Below are positions 25,179 through 28,760 of a stretch of 28,760 nucleotides of DNA, piece by piece. Numbering within the stretch: position 1 is the stretch's first letter; every line of letters starts with the position of its first letter. The notes below the pieces were generated by a model. It was given only the letters and a program-made list of their open reading frames with translations, had not been told where the DNA came from and did no database searches. This DNA is from Candidatus Micrarchaeota archaeon (GTDB lineage: Archaea; Micrarchaeota; Micrarchaeia; Norongarragalinales; SBBD01): NCBI GenBank assembly GCA_043806595.1, contig JAZDGU010000040.1, forward strand, positions 1-28,760, given 5' to 3'. The position numbers were made by a program, and so were the translations under genes.

Positions 25179-26234
25179 ATGCTGAAGTTCAAAACCAGTG
25201 CGCCGACGAAGGCCATCCTCTGCGGCGAGCACGCGGTGGTCTACGGCTGCCCCGCGATAGCGGTTCCGCTGACGGTCAGGACCGAATGCGAGGTCGCCGT
25301 CGTGGAAGCCGAAGCCAGCAAGGGGCAGGTCGTGGTCGAGGACCCGAGGGCCTCTGGCAGGGTGACTTGCGGGGGCGGGGTCTTCGAGGACTCCCCGGAA
25401 TTCGCGGGCAAGGCCGAAGTGATATTGAACGTCATGGCCTCCGGAAAAATCGACTTTTCCTCAAAGGAGATCTACTGCAATTTCGCGCGGCAGGGAATCA
25501 TGAAGGGAACCGGAGGGTCGGCGAGCGCGTTCGCGGCTCTCGCGATTGCGGTATATCACGCGTGCGGGGTCGCGCCCTCGAGGCAGCAGCTGTTCGAGGC
25601 GGTGCAGGCCGGGGAAGAGGTCGCGCACGGCGGCAGGGCGAGCGGCATAGACGCCATCACCGTCGTCTCCGGCAGGCCCCAGCTGTTCGAAAAGAGATAC
25701 GACGGCGGGGGCAACGCGGAATTCGGTTTCAGGGACGCCGATTTCGTCCTTCCCAAGGGGACGGCGCTCGTTATCGCAAGCAAAATCGGCGAGAAGCCGG
25801 AGACGACCGCGGCTCTCGTCAAGCGCTTCGCGGAAGGCAGCCGGATAACGAAGACGGCAGCCGAACTGACGGATACCGAGCGCGGGAGGATTGTCGAGCC
25901 TTACAGGAAGATCGTCGCCGACTTCCAGAAGCACCTCAACCCCACAGGAAACGCCCGCAAACTGGGCATGCTGTTGAACGAGAACCACGCGATGCTCAAG
26001 GCCGCGGGGGTATCAAGCGGGAGCATCGAGGCGGCGGTTGAAATCTGCAGGCTCAACGGGGCGTACGGCGCGAAGCTGACCGGCGGGGGCGGAAGGGGCG
26101 GCGCGGTGATTGCACTCGTCGCGAAAACCGGCGCGCGCAAGACGCTCTCGGCGCTGGCGAAGGCCGGTTTCGATGCTTTCGAGGCCGAGATTGCGACGGA
26201 GGGCGCAACGGCGGGAGGCGGCCGCAATGGCTGA
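25179..26234 (+). CDS. mvk: mevalonate kinase (GHMP kinase)
   Basis: SAPTKAILCGEHAVVYG.PAIA, KGTGGSASA, E..AHGGRASGID, LG.LLNENH.ML...GVS, GAKLTGGGGRGG. Confidence 0.9.
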   Translation: MLKFKTSAPTKAILCGEHAVVYGCPAIAVPLTVRTECEVAVVEAEASKGQVVVEDPRASGRVTCGGGVFEDSPEFAGKAEVILNVMASGKIDFSSKEIYCNFARQGIMKGTGGSASAFAALAIAVYHACGVAPSRQQLFEAVQAGEEVAHGGRASGIDAITVVSGRPQLFEKRYDGGGNAEFGFRDADFVLPKGTALVIASKIGEKPETTAALVKRFAEGSRITKTAAELTDTERGRIVEPYRKIVADFQKHLNPTGNARKLGMLLNENHAMLKAAGVSSGSIEAAVEICRLNGAYGAKLTGGGGRGGAVIALVAKTGARKTLSALAKAGFDAFEAEIATEGATAGGGRNG

Positions 26235-27441
26235 ATCGAAGAGGCACGGGCTGGGAGAGGAAGCTTATGCTAAACTGCGGTTCCTGCGGGATGAAGCCGA
26301 AGACGCAATCAGACTCCAGGGCAGGCTGCTCGGCAGGCTGGATAAGCTCGGCGTGAGGCCGCGGCTGGACGGCACGCATGCCGTGGAGTTCAGGGTGCAG
26401 AGGAGGACGCTTTCGCGGGAGACCGACGAGGGCATGGACAGGCTCTACAAGACGATAAGGAAAGGCAGGGAGAGGGTGCCGACGGAGCCGCGGAGGGCGG
26501 AATATCCGGACAGGGAGAGCCTCATCAGGGCGCTCGGGCACATGTTCGAGAACTACGACGCGGAGTTCTCCGAGCTCGAGCAAAGGTCGGCGTACGTCGC
26601 GGTCGTAAGGGATATGGCGCGTGCGGGGGAGATGCCGGCAGGCGAGGCCGCAGAAAGGATTTCCGCGCAAATCAAACAGCTTGCAAGGAAGACGGATTTC
26701 AGGAAGAGGGCCGCGTCCTCCGAGCTGGACAAGGCGAGGGCGCTCCTCGATGCCGGCAATGTCCACGCTGCGGCGGCCGCGATCGTGGGCGCGATCAACC
26801 GCTTCGGGAACAGGAGGCCGTCGGTCGAGTCCGCGGTGATCCCAAAAAACGTCGAGAGGGTGCGGCTGCTGGAGGAAATGACGAGGCTCGAGCTGAAAAA
26901 GAGGGAGGTGCTCGCCAACTCGCTAGAATTCCTCCATGGCGTCATCGGCACTTCAGTGGTAATCAGGAACCGGGCGGTCAATTCGGACCGGTTCCACCAT
27001 TCGCAGTTCGCGGGGCTGGCGTCCGAGCTTTCGGGGCATTTCAACGCGCTTGTGCCAAGGCATGCTGCTGCGAACGCGAGAAGAATCGCCGAACGGCTGG
27101 ATGAATTCCATGGCCTGCCGGGCCGGCTTCCCTCGCATCTTGATGCCGCCAAGGGCCACCTGTTTTCAGGCCGGCATGAGGCCGGCAGGGACGCAATCCA
27201 AGCCGCATTGGGCGAGGTAAAACGGCTGCGCGCCGGGAAGATCGGGTGGACGGACAGGAGGAAGCTTGCCGCGTTCATGGAGTCGCTCGATCCGCTTGCA
27301 TGGAGGCTGCCTCGGCGGACGCAGGGCAAAATCCTGTTCAGGGTCCGGAGGGCGAAACACGGAATCGGCGAAACGCTTGAGGACATAGACGTCGTGCACC
27401 AGCACGTGCGCGAGGCAAGGGAGGCGCTGGGCGCGGTCTGA
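26227..27441 (+). CDS. hypothetical Arg-rich alpha-helical protein (404 aa)
   Basis: ATG 26227 after GGAGG, overlapping the mvk stop; host-like codon bias; no family recognised. Confidence 0.75.
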   Translation: MAESKRHGLGEEAYAKLRFLRDEAEDAIRLQGRLLGRLDKLGVRPRLDGTHAVEFRVQRRTLSRETDEGMDRLYKTIRKGRERVPTEPRRAEYPDRESLIRALGHMFENYDAEFSELEQRSAYVAVVRDMARAGEMPAGEAAERISAQIKQLARKTDFRKRAASSELDKARALLDAGNVHAAAAAIVGAINRFGNRRPSVESAVIPKNVERVRLLEEMTRLELKKREVLANSLEFLHGVIGTSVVIRNRAVNSDRFHHSQFAGLASELSGHFNALVPRHAAANARRIAERLDEFHGLPGRLPSHLDAAKGHLFSGRHEAGRDAIQAALGEVKRLRAGKIGWTDRRKLAAFMESLDPLAWRLPRRTQGKILFRVRRAKHGIGETLEDIDVVHQHVREAREALGAV

Positions 27442-27454
27442 ACATCCGCTGGAC

Positions 27455-28492
27455 TCAAGGGTACATGACGACCTTGCTGCAGTTGCCCGACTTCATCAGC
27501 TCGAACGCCTTCTCGTATTCCTCGAGCTTGAACTCGTGAGTGACGATCTTGCCGAGGTCCACCTTCTTGGCCCTGAGCAGCTCGCCGACCTGGTGCCACG
27601 TCGTGAACAGCCTGCGGCCGTTGATGCCGCGGATGGTCGCCTGCTTGAACACGACCTCGGTGGAGAAGTTTATCGGAACCTCGTCCGGGAAAACCCCGAG
27701 GATCGCCGCCTCTCCCGCCGGCCGAAGGCTCTTGAGGCCCGACTGGAGCGCGGAGGCGTTGCCCGAAATCTCGAGGAAGACGTCCGCGCCCCTGCCGGTC
27801 TCCTCGAGGATGCGCTTGGCGGCGTCCTCCTTGGCGGCGTTGATGACGACGTCCGCGCCCATCTTCTCCGCCATGTTCAGGCGGTACTCGTTGACGTCGA
27901 CGGCGTAAACCCCGACCGCGCCTGCAGCCTTGCATAGCTGTATCGCGCACAGGCCTATCGGCCCGCAGCCGAAGATGCTCACCTTTTTCCCGCTGACCGG
28001 CTGGGCGAAAACCGTGTGCACTGCGTTCCCCAAGGGCTCCTGCGCGCTCGCCCACTTGACCGGCAGGGACTTGTCGTTGACGATGGCGTTGTTCTCCGGT
28101 ATCGCGACGTATTCCGCGTAGCTTCCCTGCGTGTCGACGCCGAGTATCTTGAGGTTCTCGCAGATGTGGGCGTTGGCCTCCCTGCACTGCCAGCAGTTGA
28201 AGTCCGCGAGGTGCGTCTCGCCGCTGACGAAGTCGCCGACGCGCACCTTGCTCACGAGGTTGCCGACCTCGACGATGTCGCCGCAGAACTCGTGCCCGAA
28301 TATCATCGGCGTCTTGATGCGCGCCTTGGCCCAGTTGTCCCACTCGTATATGTGCATGTCCGTGCCGCAGATGCTGCACGCGCGTATCTTGACGAGCACG
28401 TCGCGCGGGCCCAGCCTCGGGATTTCAGCGTCGACCAGCTTCGCGCCGTACGTCGGGCCGGGTTTCTGGATTGCCCTCATGGTGCCTTTCAT
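27455..28492 (-). CDS. tdh: L-threonine 3-dehydrogenase
   Basis: SICGTDMHIYEWDNWAKARIK.P.IFGHEF, VSGETH, QEPLGNAVHT, GCGPIGL, GINGRRLF.TW, SGNCSKVV; SD GGAGAGGAG. Confidence 0.93.
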   Translation of the reverse strand: MKGTMRAIQKPGPTYGAKLVDAEIPRLGPRDVLVKIRACSICGTDMHIYEWDNWAKARIKTPMIFGHEFCGDIVEVGNLVSKVRVGDFVSGETHLADFNCWQCREANAHICENLKILGVDTQGSYAEYVAIPENNAIVNDKSLPVKWASAQEPLGNAVHTVFAQPVSGKKVSIFGCGPIGLCAIQLCKAAGAVGVYAVDVNEYRLNMAEKMGADVVINAAKEDAAKRILEETGRGADVFLEISGNASALQSGLKSLRPAGEAAILGVFPDEVPINFSTEVVFKQATIRGINGRRLFTTWHQVGELLRAKKVDLGKIVTHEFKLEEYEKAFELMKSGNCSKVVMYP

Positions 28493-28630
28493 GATAATCT
28501 CCTCTCCCGCGGTTTTACATGATGCGTTGAGAACGGCATCGGACTGATTTGCCGGAATACGATTAAAAACGTTGGGGGATTCGGCAGGAGACGAAATAAA
28601 CGCAGAATGGGAATTTATTAGTGAGAATCA

Positions 28631-28719
28631 GGGGGCTTCGCCCCCCGATACCCCCGTTGCACTCGGCGGCCTCCCTCCCTCGCCTTCCTCTTGAGTCAGG
28701 CGGGGCTTCCTAGGCCGCC
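28631..28719. other. GC-rich structured intergenic element (REP-like or ncRNA)
   Basis: GGGGGC-TTC-GCCCCC hairpin followed by GATACCCCC; stem GGCGGCCT(28665-28672)/AGGCCGCC(28712-28719) enclosing CCTCGCC/GGCGGGG. Confidence 0.45.
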
Positions 28720-28760
28720 TCGCTGAATTGAGTTAGCGTGCGTTGGCGGTGGTCTTGTGC

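Overview
High-GC archaeal chromosomal segment, most consistent with a DPANN archaeon such as Ca. Micrarchaeota. The support is a Methanococcus-type S-layer N-terminus, Pcc1, NMD3, DUF2070, a GTHE-type Mre11, a class III signal peptide, archaeal TATA boxes and mostly leaderless starts; the taxonomy is inference. About 25 protein genes are present: S-layer (partial), a 4-gene surface/KEOPS cluster, asnS, MscS, Mre11, EamA, a membrane-anchored mini-RHS protein, DUF2070, NMD3, an HTH-MNT/HEPN pair, a 1441-aa surface metalloprotease, ferredoxin, VIT1, SOD, a large secreted protein with a partial gingipain (C25)-like domain, a HAD hydrolase, mevalonate kinase and threonine dehydrogenase. I saw no tRNA, rRNA, CRISPR array, integrase or transposase. 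The most striking feature is the more AT-rich islet at 13346-19313. It looks like two tandem gene cassettes (the MNT-HEPN pair and the protease). Each starts with a homologous 116-bp promoter-bearing element, all three junctions share GC(G/C)CTTCCCC, and the last junction lies in a perfect 16-bp palindrome. This may be an undescribed site-specific cassette-accretion system. Other highlights: the mini-RHS protein, a FYVE-like zinc finger on a membrane protein, a Met-periodic uORF, a long structured S-layer leader and a Pcc1 with a Gly/Arg insertion.
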